Shown: piece after piece, positions 18,531 to 27,595 of the stretch
Layout: the number at the start of each line of letters is the position of its first letter
Numbering within the stretch: the first letter of the stretch is position 1
Sequence record: NC_048023.1
Reading direction: 5' to 3' (one strand)
Source of the DNA: Escherichia phage Vec13
Length of the DNA stretch: 39,747 nucleotides
Translations under genes and position numbers: made by a program
Notes under the pieces: generated by a model
The model's database searches: none
What the model saw: the letters and a program-made list of their open reading frames with translations, nothing else
What the model was told of the DNA's origin: nothing

Positions 18531-18771
18531 ATCAATCAGTAAGGCATTCAAGAAAGTGGTGAAAAGTACGCTAGGGACCGTTGGTCTTGGCTCTGATGAC
18601 GCACCTAAGGTTGTTGAGGCTCAGACCCCAGCAGCACCAGTGGAAGTACCGAACGACAAAGTGGAGGATGTGGATACTGAAACAACCGCATCTGACGAGA
18701 AGAAAGTGAAGCGTTCCGGTAAGCGTAACCTTCAGGTCTCTCGCACCTCTGGTGGCGGTATTTCTATATGA
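18523..18771 (+). CDS. gp7.3-like tail/host-range protein (GTG start)
   Basis: 82 aa; MGKSISKAFKKVVKS basic N-terminus and C-terminal SRTSGGGISI match T7 gp7.3 (MGKKVKKAVKK ... SSGGGINI); SD aaggag. Confidence 0.8.
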   Translation: MGKSISKAFKKVVKSTLGTVGLGSDDAPKVVEAQTPAAPVEVPNDKVEDVDTETTASDEKKVKRSGKRNLQVSRTSGGGISI

Positions 18772-19160
18772 CACCATGTCATGAATGGGGTGGATACTGC
18801 ACCAAGGATGGCTACGGTGAAACTAGGGTAGATGGGCGCAAGGTTCGCGTTCATCGCCTAGAGTGGACGAAACACTACGGACCCATTCCGCATGACAAAG
18901 TGGTTCGCCACAAGTGTGACAACCCTAAGTGTTTTAATATTGAACACCTAGAGTTAGGGACAACACAGGATAACACGGCTGACAGAGTGTCTCGTGGTCG
19001 AAGCGCCAAAGGAGAGGATAACGGTAACGCCGTCCTCACTATTGATATTGTTAATGAGATTCGCGAAAGTAGCATGTCTCAGCGCAAAATAGCGAAGACC
19101 TATGGAGTGTCACAGTCTACCGTATCTAAAATCAAACGCAATGTAACGTGGAGGTCATAA
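18768..19160 (+). CDS. HNH homing endonuclease with C-terminal helix-turn-helix
   Basis: 130 aa; VHRLEW...VRHKCDNPKCFNIEHLELGTTQDN is an HNH nuclease signature; C-terminal SQRKIAKTYGVSQSTVSKI is HTH-like. Confidence 0.85.
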   Translation: MTPCHEWGGYCTKDGYGETRVDGRKVRVHRLEWTKHYGPIPHDKVVRHKCDNPKCFNIEHLELGTTQDNTADRVSRGRSAKGEDNGNAVLTIDIVNEIRESSMSQRKIAKTYGVSQSTVSKIKRNVTWRS

Positions 19161-19161
19161 C

Positions 19162-20730
19162 ATGGCAGAACGTGAAGGATTTGCGGCTGAAGGCGCTAAG
19201 TCAGTTTATGATAGATTGAAGAACGGACGACAGCCTTACGAGACCCGCGCACAGAACTGCGCTGCCGTGACCATCCCCTCGCTATTTCCCAAGGAGTCCG
19301 ACAACTCGTCTACGGAATACGTGACGCCGTGGCAAGCTGTAGGTGCTCGCTGCTTGAACAACTTGGCTGCAAAGCTGATGTTGGCGTTATTCCCTCAGTC
19401 ACCGTGGATGCGACTGACAGTCTCCGAATATGAGGCAAAGACCTTGAGTCAGGACTCAGAGGCTGCTGCTCGTGTTGACGAGGGGCTTGCTATGGTCGAG
19501 CGTGTGTTGATGGCCTACATGGAGACCAACAGTTTCCGTGTGCCATTGTTCGAAGCTCTGAAGCAGCTTATAGTCTCCGGTAACTGTCTGCTATACATTC
19601 CAGAGCCTGAACAGGGAACCTACAGTCCTATGCGAATGTACCGCTTAGTGTCCTACGTTGTTCAACGTGATGCTTTCGGTAACATCTTACAGATTGTGAC
19701 TCTCGACAAGGTAGCGTTTAGTGCTCTACCGGAAGACGTGAAGTCTCAACTCAACGCAGACGACTATGAGCCTGACACCGAGCTTGAAGTGTATACGCAC
19801 ATCTACCGTCAGGACGACGAGTATCTGCGCTACGAGGAAGTGGAAGGCATTGAGGTGACAGGGACCGATGGTTCCTACCCGCTGACTGCATGTCCATACA
19901 TCCCGGTACGAATGGTTCGACTGGATGGTGAAGACTACGGTCGTTCTTACTGCGAGGAGTATCTGGGAGACCTGAACTCGCTGGAGACGATTACAGAAGC
20001 TATCACTAAAATGGCTAAGGTAGCCTCCAAGGTGATTGGCCTCGTTAACCCGAACGGTATCACGCAACCTCGACGTCTGAACAAGGCGGCTACAGGTGAG
20101 TTCGTGGCTGGTCGCGTTGAGGACATCAACTTCCTGCAACTGACGAAAGGTCAGGACTTTACGATTGCCAAGTCGGTGGCTGATGCTATCGAGCAACGTT
20201 TAGGCTGGGCCTTCCTTCTTAATAGTGCTGTTCAGCGTAATGCCGAGCGAGTCACTGCTGAAGAGATTCGTTATGTTGCTGGCGAACTGGAGGCGACCTT
20301 AGGTGGCGTGTACTCAGTGCAGTCACAAGAGCTTCAGTTACCTATCGTCCGTGTGCTGATGAACCAGCTTCAGTCTGCTGGAATGATTCCTGACCTTCCG
20401 AAAGAAGCGGTAGAGCCTACTGTCTCCACTGGTCTGGAAGCGTTAGGTCGTGGTCAGGACTTAGAGAAGCTAACTCAGGCAGTCAACATGATGACCGGGC
20501 TCCAGCCTCTGCAACAGGACCCAGACATTAACTTGCCGACCCTGAAGCTGCGACTGCTGAACGCTCTGGGTATAGACACCGCTGGTCTACTCCTCACGCA
20601 GGACGAGAAGATTCAGCGCATGGCTGAACAGTCGTCTCAACAGGCAGTAGTCCAAGGTGCTGGTGCTGCTGGTGCCAACATGGGCGCTGCTGTAGGTCAG
20701 GGAGCTGGTGAGGACATGGCTCAAGCCTAA
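19162..20730 (+). CDS. Portal (head-to-tail connector) protein (T7 gp8 homolog)
   Basis: 522 aa; AEGAKSVYDRLKNGRQPYETRAQNCA, TPWQAVGARCLNNLAAKLMLALFP, GLVNPNGITQPRRL, RVTAEEIRYVAGELE match T7 gp8. Confidence 0.98.
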   Translation: MAEREGFAAEGAKSVYDRLKNGRQPYETRAQNCAAVTIPSLFPKESDNSSTEYVTPWQAVGARCLNNLAAKLMLALFPQSPWMRLTVSEYEAKTLSQDSEAAARVDEGLAMVERVLMAYMETNSFRVPLFEALKQLIVSGNCLLYIPEPEQGTYSPMRMYRLVSYVVQRDAFGNILQIVTLDKVAFSALPEDVKSQLNADDYEPDTELEVYTHIYRQDDEYLRYEEVEGIEVTGTDGSYPLTACPYIPVRMVRLDGEDYGRSYCEEYLGDLNSLETITEAITKMAKVASKVIGLVNPNGITQPRRLNKAATGEFVAGRVEDINFLQLTKGQDFTIAKSVADAIEQRLGWAFLLNSAVQRNAERVTAEEIRYVAGELEATLGGVYSVQSQELQLPIVRVLMNQLQSAGMIPDLPKEAVEPTVSTGLEALGRGQDLEKLTQAVNMMTGLQPLQQDPDINLPTLKLRLLNALGIDTAGLLLTQDEKIQRMAEQSSQQAVVQGAGAAGANMGAAVGQGAGEDMAQA

Positions 20731-20748
20731 ACTATCACTATAGGAACA
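20726..20748 (+). promoter_or_regulatory. Phage RNAP promoter (phi9-like)
   Basis: cctaaACTATCACTATAGGaac; +1 G at 20743. Confidence 0.85.
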
Positions 20749-20824
20749 ACACCGTAAGTCCAACTCTAGGTGAGTCAACTAGACGAGGCAGGTGTTACCT
20801 ATTAACTACCAAAGGAGAGACTTA

Positions 20825-21712
20825 ATGTCCCAATCAGTTTATGCCGAGTTCGGCGTTAGCCCTAATGCAATCACTGGCTCCGTTGAGGACCTTAACGAAC
20901 ACCAACAGTCTATGCTGGAGAAGGACGTAGCTGTCCGCGATGGCGATGATGCCATTACCTTCAAGCAACTGGAAGCCGAGAAGGAAGAGGCGACCGAAGA
21001 AGAAGAAGACGAGAACGTCGAAGAGACTGAAGGTGAAGACCACGAGTCCGATGGCGAAGAGACTGAGACCGATGGTGAGCAGCCTGAGTTCATCGAACTG
21101 GGTGACGCACCGAAGGAGCTGACCGAAAGTGTATCCGCTCTGGATGAGAACGAAGCTGCATTCGATGATATGGTGTCTTCTGCTGTGGAAGCTGGCAAGG
21201 TCACTGCTGATGAAATTACCGCTATCAAGGCTGAATACGCCAAGGACGGTAAGCTGTCTGACGCATCCTACGCTAAGTTGCAGGAAGCAGGTTACACCAA
21301 GCGTTTCGTAGATTCGTTTGTTCGCGGTCAGGAAGCTCTGGCTGAACAGTACGCTGCTGGTGTGGTTCGCTACGCAGGTGGCGCTGACCAGTTTAATCGC
21401 ATCCTGTCACACCTTGAGTCAAACGACCCGTCAACTCGTGAAGCACTTGAAGCTGCTATCGTTCGTAAGGACATTGCGACTACCAAAGCTCTGCTGAATC
21501 TGGCTGGCAAGACTCTGGGTAAAGCTGTGGGCGTTAAACCTCAGCGTACCATCACCAATCAGGCTAAACCTGTGGTCGCTCCTAAGGCTACTCAGACCGA
21601 AGCATTCAGCTCTAAGGCTGACATGATTAAGGCCATGAGTGACCAGCGATACCTGCGTGACGCTAAGTACACGATGGAAGTCCGCGCTAAGGTAGCTGCC
21701 TCAAGCCTGTAG
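20825..21712 (+). CDS. Capsid assembly scaffolding protein (T7 gp9 homolog)
   Basis: Start at ATG 20825 with SD aaggagag (track ORF 20792 lacks RBS); acidic; VYAEFGV, AVRDGDDAI, YTKRFVDSFVRGQEALAEQY, MIKAMSDQRY match T7 gp9. Confidence 0.92.
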   Translation: MSQSVYAEFGVSPNAITGSVEDLNEHQQSMLEKDVAVRDGDDAITFKQLEAEKEEATEEEEDENVEETEGEDHESDGEETETDGEQPEFIELGDAPKELTESVSALDENEAAFDDMVSSAVEAGKVTADEITAIKAEYAKDGKLSDASYAKLQEAGYTKRFVDSFVRGQEALAEQYAAGVVRYAGGADQFNRILSHLESNDPSTREALEAAIVRKDIATTKALLNLAGKTLGKAVGVKPQRTITNQAKPVVAPKATQTEAFSSKADMIKAMSDQRYLRDAKYTMEVRAKVAASSL

Positions 21713-21713
21713 G

Positions 21714-21736
21714 ACTAAACTATCACTATAGGGAGA
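21714..21736 (+). promoter_or_regulatory. Phage RNAP promoter (phi10-like, full consensus incl. GGGAGA)
   Basis: ctaaACTATCACTATAGGGAGAcc; best match to T7-family class III promoter downstream GGGAGA; directly upstream of major capsid gene. Confidence 0.9.
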
Positions 21737-21838
21737 CCAAGAGACAGACTCAAGGTTTCCCTATTACTTCAGTCCATACGGATTGGGCGTACAGTAAGTA
21801 ATATACTTTATCTTTCAATTGAATAGGAGAATTATCAT

Positions 21839-22888
21839 ATGGCAAACGTTCCGGGTCAGAAAGTTGGTACAGACCAAGGTAAGGGTAAGTCCTCTACCGA
21901 CGCACTAGCACTGTTCCTTAAGGTCTTCGCTGGTGAAGTCCTGACCGCCTTTACCCGCCGCTCTGTGACATCCGACAAGCATATCGTCCGCACCATTCAG
22001 AACGGCAAGTCTGCTCAGTTCCCGGTAATGGGCCGCACCTCTGGTGTGTATCTGGCCCCAGGTGAGCGCCTGAGCGATAAGCGTAAGGGTATCAAACATA
22101 CCGAGAAGGTCATCACCATTGATGGTCTGCTGACCGCTGACGTGATGATTTTCGACATCGAAGACGCCATGAACCACTACGATGTGGCTGGCGAGTATTC
22201 CAACCAGCTGGGTGAGGCTTTGGCTATCGCCGCTGATGGTGCGGTACTGGCTGAGATGGCGATTCTGTGCAACCTACCTGCTGCATCCGACGAGAACATC
22301 GCTGGTCTTGGCAAGGCGTCTGTGCTTGAAGTAGGCACTAAAGCAGACCTGAACACTCCAGCCAAGCTGGGCGAAGCAATCATCGGTCAACTGACCATCG
22401 CTCGTGCGAAGCTGACTTCCAACTATGTACCTGCTGGGGACCGATACTTCTACACCACGCCGGACAACTACTCTGCGATTCTGGCTGCTCTGATGCCTAA
22501 CGCTGCTAACTACGCTGCGCTGATTGACCCTGAGACGGGCAACATCCGTAACGTAATGGGCTTCGTTGTGGTTGAAGTTCCGCACCTGACTCAGGGTGGC
22601 GCTGGCGAGACTCGTGGTGACGATGGTATCTCCATTGCTTCTGGTCAGAAACATGGATTCCCTGCTACCTCTAGCTCTACCGTTAAGGTTGCGCTGGACA
22701 ACGTGGTGGGCCTGTTCTCTCACCGTTCTGCTGTGGGTACTGTTAAGCTGCGCGACTTGGCGCTGGAACGTGACCGCGACGTTGATGCTCAGGGCGACCT
22801 GATTGTCGGTAAGTACGCGATGGGTCACGGCGGTCTGCGCCCAGAAGCAGCAGGCGCACTGGTTTTCACAGCAGCGTCAGCGGGCTAA
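21839..22888 (+). CDS. Major capsid protein (T7 gp10A homolog)
   Basis: 349 aa; LALFLKVFAGEVLTAF, HTEKVITIDGLLTADV, YAALIDPETGNIRNVMGF, AVGTVKLRDLALER, KYAMGHGGLRPEAAGA match T7 gp10A. Confidence 0.98.
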   Translation: MANVPGQKVGTDQGKGKSSTDALALFLKVFAGEVLTAFTRRSVTSDKHIVRTIQNGKSAQFPVMGRTSGVYLAPGERLSDKRKGIKHTEKVITIDGLLTADVMIFDIEDAMNHYDVAGEYSNQLGEALAIAADGAVLAEMAILCNLPAASDENIAGLGKASVLEVGTKADLNTPAKLGEAIIGQLTIARAKLTSNYVPAGDRYFYTTPDNYSAILAALMPNAANYAALIDPETGNIRNVMGFVVVEVPHLTQGGAGETRGDDGISIASGQKHGFPATSSSTVKVALDNVVGLFSHRSAVGTVKLRDLALERDRDVDAQGDLIVGKYAMGHGGLRPEAAGALVFTAASAG

Positions 22889-23151
22889 CGACCTTTAAGG
22901 CCCTCTCTACAGAGGGTCCTACCTTAGAGACATATAGTTCTACGGTGGGGACCAGCTTGAAGGTTGACTTCCCTGAGCTTTCAGATGTGACCGATTGGTC
23001 GCTGCTCGATGTGACTACGCCTGAGGGTGTTAGTTACTCCCGTAGAACCAACAGTCTCTACTTCAAGGCCACCTCTGGCGTGGAAGGTCTGGTGATTGTT
23101 GGGTATGACGGTTCGCCTGTGCGTTCCTTCAACGTATCTTTCACAAACTAA
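21839..23151 (+). CDS. Minor capsid protein (gp10B-like) via programmed -1 ribosomal frameshift at 22861..22867
   Basis: Slippery heptamer G GTT TTC near end of 10A, same as the T7 gene 10 site as I recall it; -1 frame open from 22813 to stop at 23151, adding about 95 aa. Confidence 0.55.
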
Positions 23152-23154
23152 TTG

Positions 23155-23195
23155 AAACCCCTTGGGTGCCTTCGGGTGCTTGAGGGGTTTTTTGC
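23155..23195 (+). terminator. Tphi-like terminator for phage RNAP
   Basis: aaCCCCTTGGGTGCCttcgGGTGCTTGAGGGGtttttt: GC-rich hairpin with G-U pairs and ttcg loop followed by T6; same position and architecture as T7 Tphi. Confidence 0.8.
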
Positions 23196-23315
23196 TTAAT
23201 GATGAGGAGGGACTATGTTCCTTATTTACACATGGTTAGTACTATTCGTCTTATTCTGGTCGTACCTGCTGCCAAGCTCACCGTCCAGCCCATATGACCG
23301 TTAAGGAGTAAACCT

Positions 23316-23882
23316 ATGCCTCAATACATTCCACTGAATGCTAACGATGACTTAGACGCCATCAACGATATGTTAGCTGCTATCGGTGAACCAGCAGTCC
23401 TACAGCTTGACGAAGGTAACGCTGACGTCTCGAACGCTCAACGTATCCTGCATCGTGTTAATCGTCAGGTCCAAGCTAAAGGCTGGAACTTTAACATCAA
23501 CGAAGCTGCTGTCCTGACGCCTGATGTCCAAGACAACAGGATTCGATTCCTGCAGTCTTACCTTCGGGTCATGACTGCTGGTGCTACCAGTTACTACAGC
23601 AACATGGGGGGCTATCTCTATGACCTGTCCACTCAGTCCACGACCTTCACTGGACCAATTACAGTCGAACTGGTGGAGATGAAACCGTTCGCTGAGATGC
23701 CTGTAGTATTCCGTGACTACATCGTTACCAAGGCTAGCCGTGAGTTCAACGCTAAGTTCTTCGGTAGCCCAGAGTCTGAACTGTACCTTCGTGAGCAGGA
23801 AGCAGAACTCTACCAGCAGGTGATGGAGTACGAGATGGACACTGGTCGCTACAACATGATGTCCGACATCGGGAGGGACTAA
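23316..23882 (+). CDS. Tail tubular protein A (T7 gp11 homolog)
   Basis: 188 aa; IGEPAV, RILHRVNRQVQAKGWNFNI, VTKASREFNAKFFG, MEYEMDTGRYNM match T7 gp11. Confidence 0.95.
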   Translation: MPQYIPLNANDDLDAINDMLAAIGEPAVLQLDEGNADVSNAQRILHRVNRQVQAKGWNFNINEAAVLTPDVQDNRIRFLQSYLRVMTAGATSYYSNMGGYLYDLSTQSTTFTGPITVELVEMKPFAEMPVVFRDYIVTKASREFNAKFFGSPESELYLREQEAELYQQVMEYEMDTGRYNMMSDIGRD

Positions 23883-24109
23883 TGGCTAGTCACAACCTGA
23901 AGATTCACCGCCAGCACTTTGGTCCGGTACAACTAGGTCTAAAGACAGCAGAGCTGAGACTTAACGACCGGGACTTTAAGGTTGGCGACTGGCTTATCCT
24001 GAATGAGTGGGACAACGGGTATACTGGACAACAGGTAGCACGTAAGGTTGTCCACATTGATGACGTTGGTGACATCGCTGAGGGATACGTCCTAATGAGT
24101 ATGATTTAA
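23882..24109 (+). CDS. Small protein (75 aa) inserted between tail tubular genes; possible DUF3850/ASCH-like fold
   Basis: SD gggaggg; motif LRLNDRDFKVGDWLIL resembles DUF3850 family proteins; no T7 counterpart between genes 11 and 12. Confidence 0.55.
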   Translation: MASHNLKIHRQHFGPVQLGLKTAELRLNDRDFKVGDWLILNEWDNGYTGQQVARKVVHIDDVGDIAEGYVLMSMI

Positions 24110-24118
24110 GGAGGGCCT

Positions 24119-26476
24119 ATGCCACTAATTACTCAATCAATCAAGAACCTTAAAGGCGGTATTAGCCAGCAGCCAGACATACTGAGGTTCTCAGACCAAG
24201 GCGAGGAGCAAGTTAACTGCTGGTCATCCGAAAGTGATGGACTCCAGAAGCGTCCACCTACAGTCTTCAAGCGACGTCTTGACATCGACGTTGGGAGCAA
24301 CCCTAAGTTCCACCTGATTAACCGTGATGAGCAGGAGCAGTATTACATCGTGTTCAACGGGTCCAACATTCAGGTAGTCGACTTGAGCGGTAATCAATAC
24401 TCAGTTTCAGGTGCGGTAGACTACGTTAAGTCGTCCAACCCGCGAGATGACATCCGTGTCGTTACAGTTGCAGACTATACGTTCATCGTGAACCGTAAGG
24501 TTGTCGTTAACGGTGGAAGCGAGAAGTCACACTCTGGTTATAATCGTAAAGCTCGTGCTTTAATTAACCTGCGTGGTGGACAGTATGGTCGCACCCTTAA
24601 GGTAGGAATCAACGGAGGCGTTAAGGTTTCGCATAAGCTGCCAGCAGGTAATGATGCCGAGAATGACCCACCTAAGGTGGATGCTCAGGCCATCGGTGCA
24701 TCTCTGAGAGACCTTCTTGTTGCTGCTTACCCTACCTTCACGTTCGACCTTGGGTCTGGCTTCCTGTTAATCACTGCCCCTTCAGGGACTGACATTAACT
24801 CAGTGGAGACGGAGGATGGCTACGCTAACCAGCTAATCAGCCCAGTCCTAGACACGGTGCAAACAATCTCTAAGTTGCCTCTTGCGGCTCCAAATGGGTA
24901 CATCATTAAGATTCAAGGTGAGACCAACAGTAGCGCCGATGAATATTACGTGATGTATGACTCCAATACTAAGACGTGGAAGGAGACAGTAGAGCCGGGA
25001 GTGGTCACTGGGTTCGATAACACCACAATGCCACATGCTCTGGTGAGACAATCTGACGGCTCCTTTGAGTTCAAGACTCTGGACTGGTCTAAGCGGGGTG
25101 CTGGTAATGATGACACAAACCCTATGCCTAGCTTCGTGGATGCTACGATTAACGATGTGTTCTTCTACAGGAACAGGCTAGGGTTCTTGTCAGGAGAGAA
25201 CGTAATCATGAGCCGTTCAGCCAGCTACTTTGCGTTCTTCCCTAAGAGTGTGGCGACATTGAGTGATGATGACCCTATTGACGTAGCTGTAAGTCACCCT
25301 AGAATCTCAATACTTAAGTATGCCGTTCCGTTTAGCGAGCAGCTACTACTTTGGTCAGATGAGGTGCAGTTCGTGATGACAAGCTCAGGGGTCCTTACCT
25401 CGAAGTCTATCCAGCTTGATGTGGGCTCAGAGTTTGCCTTAGGTGATAACGCCAGACCGTTCGCTGTAGGACGCTCAGTCTTCTTCTCAGCGCCTCGTGG
25501 GTCATTCACCAGTATTAAGCGATACTTCGCTGTAGCAGATGTGTCTGACGTGAAGGATGCCGATGATACCACTGGTCACGTACTGTCCTATATCCCTAAC
25601 GGGGTGTTTGACATTCAAGGTACAGGGACTGAGAACTACATCTGCGTCAACTCTACAGGTGCATACAACCGAATCTACATCTACAAGTTCTTGTTTAAGG
25701 ACGGCGTACAACTTCAAGCCTCTTGGTCGCACTGGGAGTTCCCTAAAGCTGATAAGATTCTGGCGTCTGCGTCGATTGGCTCTACCATGTTCATTGTTCG
25801 TCAGCACCAAGGGGGTGTGGACATTGAGCACCTTAAGTTCATCAAGGAGGCAACCGACTTTCCATTAGAGCCGTATAGACTCCACGTTGACTCCAAGGTG
25901 TCTATGGTAATCCCAAGTGGCTCATATAACGCTGACACCTATGAGACTACGGTCGACATTGGTTCTGCTTATGGTGGAAACGCTCCGTCTCCCGGTCGGT
26001 ACTATCTGATTGACAGTCAGGGTGCCTATGTGGACCTTGGTGAACTGACCGACATCTCAACTGTGGCTATACTCAATGGCGATTGGTCGGGACGTACAGT
26101 GTTCATCGGACGGTCTTATCTGATGTCCTACAAGTTCTCACGGTTCCTGATTAAGATTGAAGACGATAGTGGCACTCAGTCTGAAGACACTGGACGTCTA
26201 CAGCTTCGTAGGGCTTGGGTCAACTACAAGGACACTGGCGCTCTTAGACTCATTGTCAGAAACGGTGAGCGGGAGTTCGTGAACACCTTTAATGGGTACA
26301 CCATTGGTCAGCAAACCATCGGGACTACCAACATTGGGGATGGACAGTATCGCTTCGCTATGAATGGTAACGCATTAACCACGAGCCTAACCTTAGAGTC
26401 AGACTATCCTACCCCAGTGTCCATCGTTGGGTGTGGCTGGGAGGCGTCATACGCTAAGAAAGCTCGTTCCGTCTAA
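24119..26476 (+). CDS. Tail tubular protein B (T7 gp12 homolog)
   Basis: 785 aa; QSIKNLKGGISQQPDILR, VTVADYTFIVNR, NDVFFYRNRLGFLSGEN, LQLRRAWVNY, GCGWE match T7 gp12. Confidence 0.98.
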   Translation: MPLITQSIKNLKGGISQQPDILRFSDQGEEQVNCWSSESDGLQKRPPTVFKRRLDIDVGSNPKFHLINRDEQEQYYIVFNGSNIQVVDLSGNQYSVSGAVDYVKSSNPRDDIRVVTVADYTFIVNRKVVVNGGSEKSHSGYNRKARALINLRGGQYGRTLKVGINGGVKVSHKLPAGNDAENDPPKVDAQAIGASLRDLLVAAYPTFTFDLGSGFLLITAPSGTDINSVETEDGYANQLISPVLDTVQTISKLPLAAPNGYIIKIQGETNSSADEYYVMYDSNTKTWKETVEPGVVTGFDNTTMPHALVRQSDGSFEFKTLDWSKRGAGNDDTNPMPSFVDATINDVFFYRNRLGFLSGENVIMSRSASYFAFFPKSVATLSDDDPIDVAVSHPRISILKYAVPFSEQLLLWSDEVQFVMTSSGVLTSKSIQLDVGSEFALGDNARPFAVGRSVFFSAPRGSFTSIKRYFAVADVSDVKDADDTTGHVLSYIPNGVFDIQGTGTENYICVNSTGAYNRIYIYKFLFKDGVQLQASWSHWEFPKADKILASASIGSTMFIVRQHQGGVDIEHLKFIKEATDFPLEPYRLHVDSKVSMVIPSGSYNADTYETTVDIGSAYGGNAPSPGRYYLIDSQGAYVDLGELTDISTVAILNGDWSGRTVFIGRSYLMSYKFSRFLIKIEDDSGTQSEDTGRLQLRRAWVNYKDTGALRLIVRNGEREFVNTFNGYTIGQQTIGTTNIGDGQYRFAMNGNALTTSLTLESDYPTPVSIVGCGWEASYAKKARSV

Positions 26477-26500
26477 CTTATTGAAGGGCCTATAGATTTA

Positions 26501-26523
26501 CCTTAACTATCACTATAGGGACT
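26501..26523 (+). promoter_or_regulatory. Phage RNAP promoter (phi13-like), flanked by 12-bp inverted repeat
   Basis: ccttaACTATCACTATAGGGact; aagggcctatag (26484..26495) and ctataggccctt (26522..26533) are perfect reverse complements. Confidence 0.85.
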
Positions 26524-26552
26524 ATAGGCCCTTAAGGTTATAAGGAGACTTT

Positions 26553-27023
26553 ATGTATATTCGCAAGGCTACGGAACCAGATGTCCACTGCTTTCTGTGG
26601 CATCTTTCAGCAGATGATGTTAATGAGTGCAAAGCAAACTATGGGTCAACCGTTGGTCTCTCTGAGAGACTGCTTAAGCATCTATCTCCTTCATCTGTGG
26701 TTTTAACGAACTGTGTAGGCGAAGTGTTTGCCTATGGTGGAAACCAAGGGGATAACGTATGGTTCTTGACTTCAAGTCTTGTCGAAAGGTTAAGTCCGAA
26801 AGACAAGCGGGAGTTCATTCAGCGCATCTCTGAGTACAGGGACTTAATGTTAGACCAATACGGGACCATCTGGAACTACGTGTGGTCAGGCAATAAGTCT
26901 CACATTAGATTCTTGCGGTTACTGGGAGCTAAGTTCCACCATGATGTGACTATCAGTCCAGTAACAGGTGAGCGTTTTCAATTATTCACAATCTCTAAGG
27001 AGGACGTATGTGCGAACCCGTAA
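26553..27023 (+). CDS. Internal virion protein gp13-like (assignment by synteny)
   Basis: 156 aa ORF between tail tubular B and gp14; SD taaggag. Confidence 0.6.
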   Translation: MYIRKATEPDVHCFLWHLSADDVNECKANYGSTVGLSERLLKHLSPSSVVLTNCVGEVFAYGGNQGDNVWFLTSSLVERLSPKDKREFIQRISEYRDLMLDQYGTIWNYVWSGNKSHIRFLRLLGAKFHHDVTISPVTGERFQLFTISKEDVCANP

Positions 27024-27595
27024 GTATCGGTTTAGGTATCATGGCTGTAGCCGGGGCCACTATGTCCGCATCTCAACAGGCCAAAGCTGAGGGTGCTGCT
27101 ATCGACGCTCAGAACAGACAGGCTCAGGAAATGGTTAAGCAGATGAACTACTCTGACGCCAACCTGAAGATGCAGGAGCGAGACCTGAAGGAGCAGCAGA
27201 TGGCTGAACTGACAGAGACCACGTTAAATGGTATCCGCAATCAGGGTATGGTCCGAGCTGCTGTAGCTGAGTCCAGTCTGGAAGGCAACTCTATGGACAG
27301 GATTGAACGTCAGGTCGCTGGAGACACAGTCAAGGAGAGAGCCGGGATTACCGAAAGCTACAACCGTGACTATGCGGCTATCTTCGGGAACCGTATCGCC
27401 AACATTGAGAACACCAAGTCTGCTATCCGTGGTCAAGGTAAAATCATCAAGACCAGCCCACTAGCTCATGCACTTAATGTTGCTAACGCCGGGATGCAGG
27501 GGTACGCTGCTGGTAAGTCAATATCTGGGGCATCAAGCTCTGGTGGTTCTGCACCGATTAGTGCTGCTAAAGGCACACCTACAGGTCATAGCTAA
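27008..27595 (+). CDS. Internal virion protein gp14 homolog
   Basis: 195 aa; starts MC, SLEGNSMDRIER, NRDYAAIF, C-terminal AAKGTPTG match T7 gp14. Confidence 0.9.
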   Translation: MCEPVSIGLGIMAVAGATMSASQQAKAEGAAIDAQNRQAQEMVKQMNYSDANLKMQERDLKEQQMAELTETTLNGIRNQGMVRAAVAESSLEGNSMDRIERQVAGDTVKERAGITESYNRDYAAIFGNRIANIENTKSAIRGQGKIIKTSPLAHALNVANAGMQGYAAGKSISGASSSGGSAPISAAKGTPTGHS

